Assembly (NCBI GenBank): GCA_010015805.1
Contig: ML978140.1
Span: 1 to 64,000 of the forward strand
Reading direction: 5' to 3'
DNA length: 64,000 nt
Origin: Rhizodiscina lignyota
Lineage: Eukaryota
Positions within the stretch are counted from its first letter, which is position 1. Each line of letters starts with the position of its first letter. The position numbers were made by a program, and so were the translations under genes. A model generated the notes under the pieces. That model worked only from the letters and a program-made list of their open reading frames with translations, had not been told where the DNA came from and did not search any database. Positions 24,393-37,571 of the stretch are shown here, in pieces.

Positions 24393-24696
24393 TTTGGTGT
24401 AGCGGCAAGTCAGAACAAGAGATAAATAATTTTGAGGACGAAAAGAAAATCTCTGTCGAACAATGGTTTTCGAAATGGAATAAAGCATCGAGGAACAAGG
24501 CATCGAGAATAAAGGCAAGAATATCAGAGGACTTGAGGTGCATTGCAATGGGATGATGCAGGGTCCTTGCAGGATGACGAAATGCCCCGCAAAATGGAAC
24601 TGGAGGGACATCGTGACATCAAACAGCTTGATGAGAGGGAGTCCAAGGGCAGTATTGAAAAGACACCGCACGATAGGTGCACAGAATGATACATAC

Positions 24697-25874
24697 CTGG
24701 CTGACGCTCTTCTTGCGATCTTTCTCATCCTTCATAACGTGCCTCATCACGCTATTCTTCTTCACCCGATCGCTCTCTTCCAATGTATGCCGATGTCGTC
24801 CATCACCTTCTTCTGCAGGCATCACACCGCCAGCTGTCCCACTCCCATTAACGCGCTGTATAGTATAAAAGCTCGTGGCAATCGTGCCATCCACCGTCAG
24901 CGGAATCGGCGCGGGCTCCAGACTGCTACTCCACTGTGCCGGGAGACTGCCAAACGTCGCGCGACTCTGCTGCGGAGTCAAGAGGCTGTTGACTCTCTGC
25001 AGGCCCTCCTGCTGCGGCTGCTGGCTGAGGTGTTGCAGGATGTCTTCCCGGGTTGCGCCGGGAAGGTATTCGGTGATCTTGATCTTGACATCGCAGAGGT
25101 CGCGCTCTCTCGCAACACGCTTGCGCTTCTTCTTGTTCGGGTCCGTAGACTTTGGCGTGCCCGCAGGTCGTCCTTTCAGGCGGCAGTCCCAGTAGTGCGA
25201 GACGAACGGTCGGTTCTTGTATTTCTGGGTTGAGCGGTGCGAGTACACATTGTCGACGTGTGGGAAGTATGTCTGGTATCTGGAGCGTGGAAGTATGATA
25301 AGTCTACGCCTTCTTGCGCCGATGAAGAAGCTGTGGGGATGCCTTACTGGTCTTGAGTGAGAACCAAAACTTCATCAATATCAAACAGCTTCCTCCGCCA
25401 TGCCTGTAAATTTGGCGGATTCACGGCAAGGTTTGCGCTTTTGAAATGCCCATCTGCATCACCATCGGCGTTGCTTATCGGTTGTTGAGGCAAGATATCG
25501 TCTTGTGCTGTGCCAAAATTCGGCGGTCCAGGTGCACTAAACTCGCTGACAGGCGCGACATGACCAAACGGATTGAGCAGAAAGTGTTCCTGTGAGAACG
25601 CCTGCGCCGGCGAGAGGCTCTGTTCAATGGGAATATGATTCAACGGCTGCCTTGAGTAGGCATTGTAGGCCTGAAGCTGAGCGAGCATCTGTCGAAGCCG
25701 CTCCTGCTCGAAGATGGAGGAGACATCTGTTGGGAGAGCTGGAGTATCGGAGCCAGGAGGAAGTACGGTATGGGCTGCAGAGGCATTGTTTATGGAGTGC
25801 TGCGCCTGGCCGTGCGGAGGCGGCCGGTCTGGCGGTATCTGCGCGTGCGATTGGAGCGAGATTGAGCGTTGCAT
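24697..25874 (-). CDS. Conserved fungal protein with putative WRKY/GCM1-like Zn finger; probably 5' exons of a fusion with the downstream GST
   Basis: Spliced: WRRKLFDIDEVLVLTQDQ|YQTYFPHVDNVYSHRST...HYWDCRLKGRP...CDVKIKITEY...HRHTLEESD; ends at a GTATGT donor (24696). Confidence 0.7.
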
Positions 25875-26450
25875 TTGGACGTGCCGCCTTGATGGCTGCT
25901 GGAAATGCAATGTCTCGCTGCTTTTACGGAGGCGGTTCCTTGAATCCTTCTGGAGGTGTCAGCAAATTGATGCCAAGGCAAAGGTGCTGAATCAGATAGT
26001 GTGACACGAGCGAAATGGGCCTGATGTTTCGCAACATCATTCGCAGGACCCCGTAATAATTTGAAAATTCTAAGAATGAAGTATACTTACTAGCTTTGAG
26101 AGTGAATCGCATACATGTCTGGCAGAAACATGGTCCAGAACTATGGGAGGTGGGCTGGCGACACGAAGTGTTAACTGCGGAAGGTCACGCACAAATTGGA
26201 GATGTTTGCTCATAGAGACATCGTCCAATAAATTTCAAAATATCACATCATCCATGATTATCATTATATCTAGCTACCTGGGCTCTCGGGTATGTCAGAA
26301 ACCAGGTGAGGCAAACCATATATCTATATTTCAAATCCAGAGTCATCAGTCACCACCAACGCCTTGATCGGGACCTTGCGCCACCAACCGATGCAAATCG
26401 TGCAATCGTAAATATATCCATGAAGCGAATTGGCTCTCCTCGTTCAGACT

Positions 26451-27354
26451 TCACTCCTTTGTCTCAACTGTCTGAGCACTCCGAGGACGGTTCATCTGCC
26501 CCAGCTCTGAACCCTGACCACTCTGTCCTCGCTTTCGCCCGGGGAAGAGCTTACTGCCAGTACTCGATTTGTTGCCATCTGGATTCGATGTGGGAGGTTG
26601 TTGACTGCCAAGTCCAAAGAGGCCGCGCTTCTTGGGCTTTGTTTCTTCGTTTAGTCCAACCTCTTCAAAGCCTTCATCTACTGGTGCGTCTGGTCTGTCG
26701 ATACTATGACGATTGAAGGACGATCGGGGCTCTCTGGTATACATGGCTCGACGGGAGTCAAGGCTTTGTCTGGCTCGCGCGTCAAAGTCCGGCATAGGTG
26801 AGCGTGCAGAAATATCCTGCGCATGTACATGTCAGCAAGGATTCGCGAACATAGAACCCCTCCAGCCTTACAAATGATCTTCGATAAGAGTCAAACGATT
26901 CGCGAGAGATGTTGAAGGGTTCATTATCGCTTAAATGAGCGCGGTCCTTGGACGAACTTGTTGTCGAGGTATTCGATCGACTCTGCCAAAAGCTGCGCTT
27001 GGATTCTGGAGGTGATGGCTGTCAAGAACGCCCCAAGTCAGTTCAAAGAGCGTTACGCGCATTGTAATTGCAGTTCCATTGGTCGCGTGCTCATACAGGA
27101 AGATAGACACCGCTGCCATTGATTTCTGTCGGGCATCAGCATCAGATCCTCTCTTACTGCCATCCGCGATGTGCGCGGCATAGTAGAGCTGAGGCCATAC
27201 CACACAACTTGTATTCCGCAGTTTCAGGTATGTCAATTGGCTTTGCGGCAACGACTTTCGTCTGTTGGAAATCTGCACCCGCGGCATTCCGCGCATTCTC
27301 ATCGACAATCTCAACTCCACCAGGTGTCTTTTTGAAGGGATTGCGGATCGGCAT
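26451..27354 (-). CDS. Conserved fungal hypothetical protein (multi-exon)
   Basis: MPIRNPFKK...EYKLC|EINGSGVYLP|PSPPES...EPFNISRESFDSYRRSF|DISARSP. Confidence 0.8.
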
Positions 27355-28986
27355 GGTTGTCAAGTCGGAAGTTGAGTGTGCTGTAAAGCGGTGGAGGTGT
27401 GGTCAACCAAGACTTGGAAGTGTCTGGCGGGGAGAGATGGGATTTGTATTCGAAAGGAGGCTGTGCTGCGATGTGTGGTGCGGCGTCATGGGCTTCGTGC
27501 GAAAGCGCAAGGGACCGACGATTTCTGGGGTTTGCACCGGAAAGCGAATCCGACCGAGTCGCCCGGTGGTGTGAACTGGCGCAACCGATGAGACGGCGTC
27601 GGGAAGGCAGGATCTCAACCCTGCCTCAAGCCCTCCACAAATCATGATTCTTGGCTATTTTCACAGATAAAATGCTGATGACATCGTTCGGGCCTTTCGA
27701 TCGTCTGGCCACTAAGGACCCAGCGGTCCCTCCCTCGCGGTCCCTGATTTCGTCCATCATCGTCTGCGCTCTGCAGCTGTCTGCTCTGCCTCCCCTCCGA
27801 GGTTGCAACGGCGGCGATCCCAACCTCATGCATCAATCATCAGTGTGCAGACACGATCGTCTGCTCGTGTGCTGCCGGGCTATCCGCTTCTTGACGTATC
27901 TGACCCAAGCGACGCAAAGCGACGCCTTGTTTGGGAGTCTTGCGCATTCAAACGGGCTGTGCCTGCAGCATGCCGAGGCGATACAAGATGCGGATTACGC
28001 CTGTCGCCTGTTTTAGTGCAACGAGATACATAATCAGTCGAAATTCCGTAGCCTCATCTCCAGATGTTTTCTTTCCTATGTTGTTTGACTGCCTACGCGT
28101 TGAATACGACGACATTGGAAGAGAGTAGAGCATCTCGGAGAAAGAGTCTATCGAGCTCGTGCAGACATGCCACGGATTGATTATTGATTGCGGATCACGG
28201 CGTAAGAGCACAGACAAACAGTGGAGAACAGGAGAGGAGAGAAGAAGAGTAAGTATTGTAACTCTGACAAGACGTCGGTAGAGAATGATACTCCCAAAAT
28301 GCGGAATCCGACCAGTCGAAGTAGCTGTGCTACGCCGACCAGGGAGGTCTCAGGCTGTTGGACTGCAATTGGTCGGCGGTAGAAGAGGCTCAATGACAGT
28401 GACGATGACCGTGGACTGATTCCTGTGATACGTGTTTCTGGGTAACCGCCGAAGCCATTTAGATGCTGTAGATTGCCATGCGGTGCGGCTATCGGCAGCA
28501 GTGTAGCGCACTGAATATTCTTTTTCTGCTCCTTCAACGATATGGGTTTTTTCGACTTCAACTTTGCCGTCCGGCTTCATTTCAATGTCAATTGCCGGTT
28601 CAATGGCTGGAGAGGTGTGAGGTGCTTGGTGCTGAACATGTCGCCGTCCAGCGACAGCGAGGAGGAGGAGCAAACGCGGTGACGAGCTTTGCCATCGCTC
28701 TTTCCTCAAGCCATCGAGGCAACAACCCTAACACTCGTCTCCCGCTGGCGCCTTCCTCGCCTTCACAGTCGCTCCCGCAACAACAACACCAAAATCTTCC
28801 ACGCGAGCCGCGTTTCTTCTCTCCTCCTTCCCTCTCCTCGCAACCTCAACATCAACACCACGGCGAGCGCGTCGAGTCCATGGACGACTGACGCACACGC
28901 TCGCTGCTTATTGTCACTCGCTTTCTTCTTCCCTAAGCTCTCTATCCCTACAACCTACACACCGAATCCTTCGCTCCGCCTTCGCC

Positions 28987-30621
28987 ATGGGCCAGCTCTG
29001 CTTCTTCACGTGTTTCCCAGCATGGGCCAAGATGTCGTTCGTAAGTGTCCTTTCTGTCTGTCTAGCAGTGTACAATGTTACTTTACTAACCTCTAGCTAG
29101 CTTCTCGCCGGTGCCATGGTAAGACTACGACTGCCACGCTCGAACACCTCACGGTTTTATGCTAACAGTCCAGGTTGCTACTCTCTGCTTCGGCTTTGCC
29201 AAGCGGTGGTATAACGAACGTCGATTGCGTCAATACGCGATCGTAGCAGAACAAGATCTCGAGGCAGCTGGCGCAGCAAATAACGAAGTGGGAGATGAAG
29301 AGAGGGCAGATGCGGATCTCTTCGGCATTCGTCAGCTGGAACGAGGCATCCAAACCGAGGGCATCTGGGTCTCAGGAAGCAACACGCCTGCTGCAAGCAC
29401 GCGTGCCAGCATCGCACTGTCGTCGATGAGCCATGACTTCAACGGCCATCTCCCCGCCAATGCTCGTCCTCACTCTCTAGCAACCTCCGATCTCGAGCAC
29501 CTGGGAGCTCCGGTCCCTGAATCACGCGCAGGCTCGCGCAGAAACAGTCGCGCTCTCGGCCAGCTGAAGGAATCAAACTCTGCAGATGATCTTCTTACCC
29601 TCTCAGCCCATCCCTTTACTGCTGGCTCTCCCTTCTCTGTTCGCACCTCCTCTGCTGGCTCTCCCATCTCGACAACGTCAATCTCTGCTGCAGGAACTAC
29701 AACGCAAATGTTCCTCGATGCTAGCCAGGAGAGGCCTCAGCTGCAAAGAAATTCCGTCACATTGAACTCTCTTGAAGGTGTCGTCAGTCCGCCACGTAGC
29801 GAGAGCGAAGATCGTACGCATGTCGAAAAAATGATAGGTAAGCCTCACCATCGCTTCCACTATTTGAAAAAGATATAACCCATGCAGCAGAGTCTCGCAA
29901 ACGCGGAGATCAACCTAGCAGCTACGACTCCTTCCTCCCCCCAAGCAACGACACTGCCGAAACCCGGGCCCGGGAAATGCTCTCGCACCTCTATTCGGTG
30001 CCTTCTCACATTCAGACCGGCGACCTTGGCACGCGCACAGACATCATCAAAGCTCTCGACACGCATCGCAAGTCTCACGTCGCCGAAACTGGTCGACTCA
30101 TTCCTCGCAGTCGTCGCGTTATTGCTAGCGGAACGACCATGGATTGGCCGAGCTTCGCGTCAGAACGCAGCAACGGTGCAGACCACTCCGACCAGACCGT
30201 TGCTCCCTCTGCTGGCACCTCGCCTACTCTCCCTACCCTGGACGTCAAGAGTAACAACTTGTCGTCGTCTGATGAAGAGTCCTCGCTCATCGGCACGCCG
30301 ACGCCTGACGCCTCGTCGTCACCAAGCAGGCCGGTCGTCATGCCAAGCAGCCCGCCCAGGACCGGCTTCGTGCCAGAGCTCGACTCGGCGGCATACGACC
30401 TGTCCTCGCAAGGGCTCCGAATGCCAGAGCAAGAGATGCTGCCGAACTCGGACAGCAGGGTGTGGAGAGACATCAACCCCGGCTTCCAGGTGCTTAAGAA
30501 GGGCACGATGTCGCTGACATCGGGAGCCCAGGAGGCAGAGAGCAAGGAGAAGCGCAAGCCAAAGCGCTTACAGAAGAAGCTGCCGGGCTGGCGCCCTGGC
30601 TCTAGTGGCAGTAACGTGTGA
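28987..30621 (+). CDS. Conserved fungal protein with N-terminal TM segment and Ser-rich tail
   Basis: MGQLCFFTCFPAWAKMSF then short exons; DLFGIRQLERGIQTEGIWVS; IIKALDTHRKSHVAETGRL; C-terminal KRLQKK. Confidence 0.75.
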
Positions 30622-31189
30622 GAGGAGCAGTCTTGTTCTTGTTGATATTTTGGACTAGTAGATAGGTGTCCATTGGCTTCCATACAGATTGATCAAACAG
30701 CTGCAAATGAAAAGTTAGACTGTGCTCCCAAGGTGCTGAAAGAGATCCCAAGTTGAACGCACGTGATGCTCGGCAAACAAACTTGGAGCTGCTTGAATGG
30801 AATGGACTTTAAGACTGTCATATTGTACACATACTAGTACTACCGTCGAGCAAGTAAATTTACTTATTTACAGGGATTACCGACTCCATGGATGCCCGCC
30901 ACAGTGATAGACGGGACGAAATCTGATATTCCCTGCAACTTTGCGGTAAAGTCAATAGAGGAGAGGCGTTTTCGACTCAAACTAGCGCTGAGTAATGCCT
31001 TTCATTTCATCTGAAGCCTACTCGCCGCTGCCAATACTTAGAACTTGATTCGAGTTCGAATACTTGTGGTAGTTTGGCTCAACCCTCTACCCAGACGTTG
31101 GTCGTTGCATTCTGATTCCAACGGATTTGCGCTAGACCGAAGTCGGAATGGCGCTACAACCGCCGGTTTACGCACGTGACCAGGCGCCA

Positions 31190-31245
31190 GCGACGCATTT
31201 TCGGCCAACGCGCCTCGACGCGTCGCTCTCTCCCCACCCGCGCAT
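31190..31245. promoter_or_regulatory. MluI cell-cycle box (ACGCGT at 31218-31223) and related CGCG sites upstream of RAD51
   Basis: Perfect ACGCGT ~100 bp upstream of the ATG; MBF regulation of RAD51 is established in yeast. Confidence 0.5.
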
Positions 31246-31318
31246 TCAACACCACGAATTCGCCGCCGTCTCCAGCATTTAATCCATTTACAAATTGAAA
31301 CCTCCTTCACTTGCCATA

Positions 31319-32607
31319 ATGAGTAACGAAGACGACCAAGACCAGTCAGGCTACGATGATGGCTCCTTCGCAGGCCCAGGTGCTCCGACGCCACTGTCCG
31401 CGCTAGAGGTAAGGCGTCTGTAGCTCCTTGAAGTACACAAGACAAGACTCTGACAGTCATTCAGGGCATCAATGGCTTGACGTCGCGCGACATCAAGCTG
31501 ATCACGGATGGCGGCTTCAATACGGTGGAGTCGGTTGCTTACACGTACGTGGATGATGCGCGTGGCACCTCTGACGAGTGCATCTGGGCTAACATGGCTC
31601 GGATGGCAGACCGCGAAGAATCTTGGAACAAATCAAAGGCATTTCGGAGCAGAAGGCAACAAAGATTCTCACAGAAGGTATTGTCTCAGCTTTGCGCAGT
31701 CTTCAATTGCTTGGGACAGTTGCTGACGATTCGATGATGCAGCCTCCAAACTCGTTCCCATGGGATTCACGACAGCTACCGAGATGCATCAGCGACGGAG
31801 TGAACTGATATCCATCACGACTGGCTCCAAGCAGCTGGACACATTGCTGGCGGGTGGTATCGAGACAGGCTCAATAACAGAAATCTTCGGCGAGTTCAGG
31901 ACGGGAAAGAGTCAGATCTGTCATACGCTTGCGGTGACTTGCCAGTTACCATTCGATATGGGCGGCGGAGAGGGCAAGTGTCTGTACATCGACACGGAGG
32001 GCACATTCAGGTCAGTATTGGCAGAGATTGAGTTGGTCTGGTTCATCATCTCACCTCCATCAGACCCGTGCGCCTTCTCGCAGTCGCAAACCGCTACGGC
32101 CTCTCAGGCGAAGAAGTACTTGATAACGTCGCATACGCACGCGCCTACAATTCCGACCACCAGCTGAAACTACTCGACCAAGCATCGCAGATGATGACAG
32201 AGACGCGCTTCTCGCTCCTTATCGTCGACTCGGCAACATCGCTCTACCGCACCGACTTCATGGGCCGCGGCGAGCTCTCCGCGCGACAGATGCACCTCGC
32301 CAAGTTCATGCGCGTACTGCAGCGCCTGGCAGACGAGTTTGGCATCGCAGTAGTCATCACGAACCAGGTCGTCGCTCAGGTCGACGGAGGCTCAAGTTCA
32401 ATGTTCAATCCGGATCCCAAGAAGCCGATTGGGGGTAACATCATTGCACACGCGAGTACGACGAGGCTGAGCTTAAAGAAGGGGAGAGGTGAGACGAGGA
32501 TCTGTAAGATTTATGACAGTCCTTGCTTGCCAGAGGCGGATTGCATGTTTGCAATCAACGAGGATGGAATTGGTGACCCGAGTCCGAAGGAGTTGGAGAA
32601 GGAGTGA
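31319..32607 (+). CDS. RAD51: DNA repair recombinase Rad51
   Basis: [80 protein letters not shown]. Confidence 0.98.
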
Positions 32608-33043
32608 GTGTGTGGTTCAATGGACCTGAGGGGACGTGTCTCTTTACATTTCGTGGCCATCGGATGGAGTAGAGGACGGGATGGACGTTGCCGACGGAGA
32701 CTTGCTTTGCATTGCCTTTTACAAGAGGATCTGGCGCTTCTGGGAACTCGGACTCTTCTGCATATGGACCGTGTGTTTTCTCTACCCTTTTTTCTTCTTC
32801 AGAGAATTGCTCATTCATACGTGAATATAATGAAAATCGAAATTCATGCCAATGTACGCTGATTTGGTGTTAACGAGTGAAGCTCTGCTCTCGTGCTTGG
32901 CATTCATCAGTTCAAGGTTCTTTGGTGCGGCGCGTCAAAGCTCCACAAACTTCGCGAGCTCCGAGCATCACCACCACAACAACGAAATCTTCTGCTCGAT
33001 TGCGCAAACCCTTTAGCTTCTCTCCCATTCCCATGGGACTACA

Positions 33044-36000
33044 ATGGCGCCAATGCAGGCCCCCTACATCTACACAGAGACGCGCCTTGACCTCGACGAA
33101 GCCTCCCCCGGCTCGACGATAGAGCTCATCCTCCCCTCGTCCAACTACTCAATCGCCCGCGCATCGCCCACCCGTCGCATCGTCACCACCGAATCCCTCG
33201 TTCAGGATGAAGACACCTTCCTCAAGGAGCACATTGCGACCGAATCGTCCATCTACCTCCGCCGCGCCTCACGCAGCCCGCGCGTCTTCCTCTGGCGCCT
33301 GCTCGAATCACGAACAGTGCTAGAGCTACAAGCCGTCGACCTTCATCAGGACAAGAGCGTGCCAGGCGATGCTGTATTGACACTTTTGCTGCGCTTCCCG
33401 CGCCCACTGCGGCCATTTGGCGTCGCGCTGGCTGATCCAGACGAGCGAGACGCGCTGTGTGTGTTCGCCGTAACAGACCGCGGAGACCTGTACACGCTCA
33501 CTTTGAAGCGAGAGATGTTTGTGCATGCAAAGGCGAGCGAGGCAGACATGGGCGACTGGTGTAGGGTGGTGCAGCCGTCAGCGTTCAGCTTCCAGTTCCC
33601 GTACAAGCTGTTTGCGCTCAGTGCGTTGGAATTAGTAGTCGCGCTCCACAACGGCGGGTTGTTGCGGCTGTTGCGGAAGCCGGGCGACGACGGGGCGAGC
33701 TGGCGCGACACTTTCTTCAGCGAGGGCAGCTGGGGCTCGACGTTGAAGGGGCTCATTCCGTTCCAGGGGCACAAGAGTGTGCGGTTTGGAGACCTCGACT
33801 TGGAGGCGAACACTACAAGCTCGCTAGCTTTATCGCCAGACGGGAAACATTTCATTGCGGTCGGTTTGGATCATGTGCTGCGAGCATGGAACATCGAGAG
33901 TGGGAGGATTGGCATGCAGACGGACCTCTTGGGCGAGAATACACCAACTGATCGCAAAACAGCGCTGTATCTCATGGGCGCGGAGCAGAAGCAGCTGCTT
34001 CAGCTGGTTCCGGGAGATGAACAGAACGGGATACTGTACTACATGGTCTCTTACTCACCCAAGGCACACCAGTTCAAGATTTGGGGAGTGCTGGACGCCG
34101 ATTCTGGACTTCAGGGACTGAGAGACGTCCGGGACGATGTACAGTTTATCCCGCCGCTGGACGAGCTGATGGATGCATCTGTGTGGACTCTCGAGGAATT
34201 CCACGTCATTGCAAAGAGTCACTGGAGGGAATCGGAGATATGGATAAGAGCACGATCTGGCCCTGTCTCGCAGGTTTTCACGCTAAAGTTCGACCTCTTT
34301 GCCAACAAGAAGGATTTACAGCATGCATGGCGGGATAATTGGGCAACTGTCAACAGCGGCCCTCTCTCCTTCTCACGGCTCAATGATCGCATCCCGGATA
34401 CTCTCGACCGAATGGCATTTGATACATACTCTGCGTCTCTTACTGATCAATGGCTCGACTTTTTGTTCTATCCAGGGCGCTTCAGTCCGACAGCGCTGGG
34501 TACAGCGCTCCATGTCTATTCCAGACGCACAATCGCCGTCACGCACAGAGGCGAACCTCTGGGCACATCGTTCTCCAAGATGCCGCTCAAGCAGCAAGTC
34601 TGTGATGCCATAATGCATGCAGCCCAGGCAAATATACACAATTCTCAGCACTCAAACCATTCGCAGGCGAATTCAGACGTTGCGACACAGTGGCGTCTTT
34701 TCTACGGTCTTGTCAAGGACTTTCAAAAGAGACGTTCTCACGCTCTATCGTTCGCATACGACGACGCACAGGAAGTACCTTGGCTTGTGTGCGCGGACTA
34801 CATCTCGGCTCTTCGAGAATGCTCTGCTGTTGAAATCATGCATCTCAATCCTCAGAGTCCACTGTCCAACCGCACGATTACACCCAGTCATCCATTAGCG
34901 GCGTACTTCGACACCGAAGCTGATTTCGATGTTGTCACACTCTTTCATGCTGCCCACGCGCTCACTTCTGGATTTCCACGCTCTTTCCGACAGACACTAC
35001 GTGCAGCAGCCGCAGTTGAGGTACTCGAAGAGCTTTCGGATGCAGTGAATGAGAGGATGGAAGCGTTTGACCACCGGACAAACCTCTGTGCCCAAGTCAA
35101 AGACGACGATGTGTCGCGTCTCACGGATGTGCTCAAGGAAATTGGCGGCTACACAGAAGTCGACAACAACATATTCTTCTCTGCGCTCGAGAAGCTGAGC
35201 GAGACGATACGCGGATCGCAAGGACGGCTCGTCATCACGCGCTACGGCGCAAAGGCCCTCATACGCGGTTCTCAGGAGACACTGCAACTTGCAATAGACA
35301 CGCTGCTAGATCTCCTTTCTCTGGCCATATTCATGGGCCTGGACCTCGAACCAACCGAATTGTCACCTCAATTCGATGCTCAGACGCTGTATGTCGAGCT
35401 GATCACGCAGCTGAGAGAACACTATCTTCTCGAATGGTTCGCATCCACAGTGCGTCAAGTTCATACCACCCCGTCTATACGAGCACAACCAGCCTCCTCT
35501 GTCCGCGACTCGACCGCACTCTTCGACACTGACTTGTCTCATCTGGATACCTCTCTCATGCCTAGCGATCCCGGAACCGGTGCTGCCCAGACAGTCATGG
35601 AGTCCATGTTCATCGGCGACTGGTCTGCCATCCTGACGCCGCACGATCAGCCGGGTTCGAAGCTGCTGACGTACTGGTGTCGGGCGTGGACGTACGGAGC
35701 GGATGTTCAGAGCAATTACAATGAGCTGACGGCGCATGTGCTGGCGTTTCTTCTCAAGTCTGGGGATGTGAACATTACGCAGGAGTTTACGAAGTTTATG
35801 CAGACGACGCCGTGGAGTGGGTATATCACAGCGAGGTTGGACCTGGCGCAGGGAGAGTTCGAGGCGGCTGCGAGGTTGTTTAGGAAATGCTCGTTCGGGC
35901 TGTGTAAGTCCAAATCTCCTTTGTCTGGCACTTCTTGCCCGTTGCAGTTTTGTGTTGGGTAGAAAATAACTGACATCTCAAACAGCTCTCGGCCAGTTTG

Positions 36001-36968
36001 ACGTTCACGACAGCGACAGAGCAGGTCTTTTGACACCCGACGAGCGGGATTTATTTTCAGACGGCCTTTTCCGCTACTACCAGCATGTCATTGGCCTGTT
36101 CGAAAAGTACAAAGCGCATTCTTACGTCGCCGACTTTGCCAATCTAGCCCTGCAGGCGCTGCAAGTCCAAAACGAGGATGTCGACGAGCGAGCTCAAGTG
36201 GACATACTCTCCCAATTGTTCAACGCGTACATGGTGACATCCCGATTTGACGAAGCATACTCAACACTCGGCAAATTCAACGACAAGGCCTTGTAAGTCT
36301 CTCCCAAACATGTCCCCCAGACATCCTTAAATCGATCGTTAACCCACAGCAGACGAACCGCAAACCTTACCACCTTCCTCAAAGCCCTCCTCTCCGAGCG
36401 TGTCCCTCCATCCACAAGCAACACCATCCTCAAAACCTTCCCCTTCAGCAACCTCGCAAGCGAGGCAGACTCCATCATCCTCTCCCTTGCAACAAAACAG
36501 CTCTCCGCGATGACTGGCCTCGGCGCCCGCGCCTGGAAATCCCTCTATGGATTCCGCATCTCACGGAATGACTTCCGCGGCGCCGCCGAAGCACTCTGGT
36601 GCAGACTCCAACGTCTCCGCAGCAGCGGCGAGAAAGCGGCCGACCCGGACAGCCGGGAAGGGGAGGAAGTTCGCAGGTTGTATCTCGCGCTGGCGAATTG
36701 CCTGAGTTGTGTGGATGAGGCGCAAGCATGGATTTTCGCGGAGGAAGTTAGCCCTGAGCCGCCGAGGGGAGGGGGACTGGGCGCTGCACTAGGCAGGAGC
36801 GCGCGGTTGTTTGAGAGAAAAGAGAGAAAGATTGTTACGCTGGGAGATGTGAGGAAGATGTATGGGGAGGAGTTGGATCGGGTGGAGGCTGTGAGCATGG
36901 GGAGGTTTGCGTTTGGGGGCACGGGGTTAGATGGGGCCGGTGGTGGGGAGGAGATGGATGTGCTGTGA
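33044..36968 (+). CDS. NUP120: Nucleoporin Nup120/Nup160
   Basis: 972-aa first exon with N-terminal YTETRLDL, beta-propeller-like region and WLDFLFYPGRFS; C-terminal exons YYQHVIGLFE and LYGFRISRNDFRGAA. Confidence 0.85.
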
Positions 36969-37571
36969 TGGAAGTGAGATCACCAAGGTTCTGCAGATTG
37001 GTGGTGGGAACGTCATTTGGCTGCGGCTGTTCATTCTAGCGCGGCGTTAATGGCACAGCATAGCATTGCATGGACGTGTGTAGTCATAGACATGATTCAG
37101 GATACCGGCCGCGATGGCCATTGATCAAGCTTTTTGTGCACTTCGCCGATGTCATTGTGGCTTCTGTTTCTCTCGCTCGCGATGCGATGCCGACAACGTT
37201 CGAAGTAGGTTGGGCACAGGCGACCTCAGATCGATAAGGACGTCTTGCCATCGTAGACCATCTCTTAACGGCCGCCTCTCATAGCTCCAGGCCATCTTCG
37301 AGAAAAGATCCGTGTATGCTTCGGGAGGGATGGCGAAGTGTTACAGGATAGCTTCAGCAATAGATAGACATGCTTGTACGCATAGTCTGTACTATGAAGA
37401 CAGACCAAGTTCAATGAAGTGGTGCAATTTCCACAAATAAGCTCAAGGGTATGTTGCTTTGAACTTCCAGTGAGGCTTTTGATTTATTCATAACTTGTTC
37501 GAAAACTGTCGCTTCGTTATTTACCTTCAGAAGTGTATTCTCGTCTCCATGCTGGGAGATACCCAGATATA

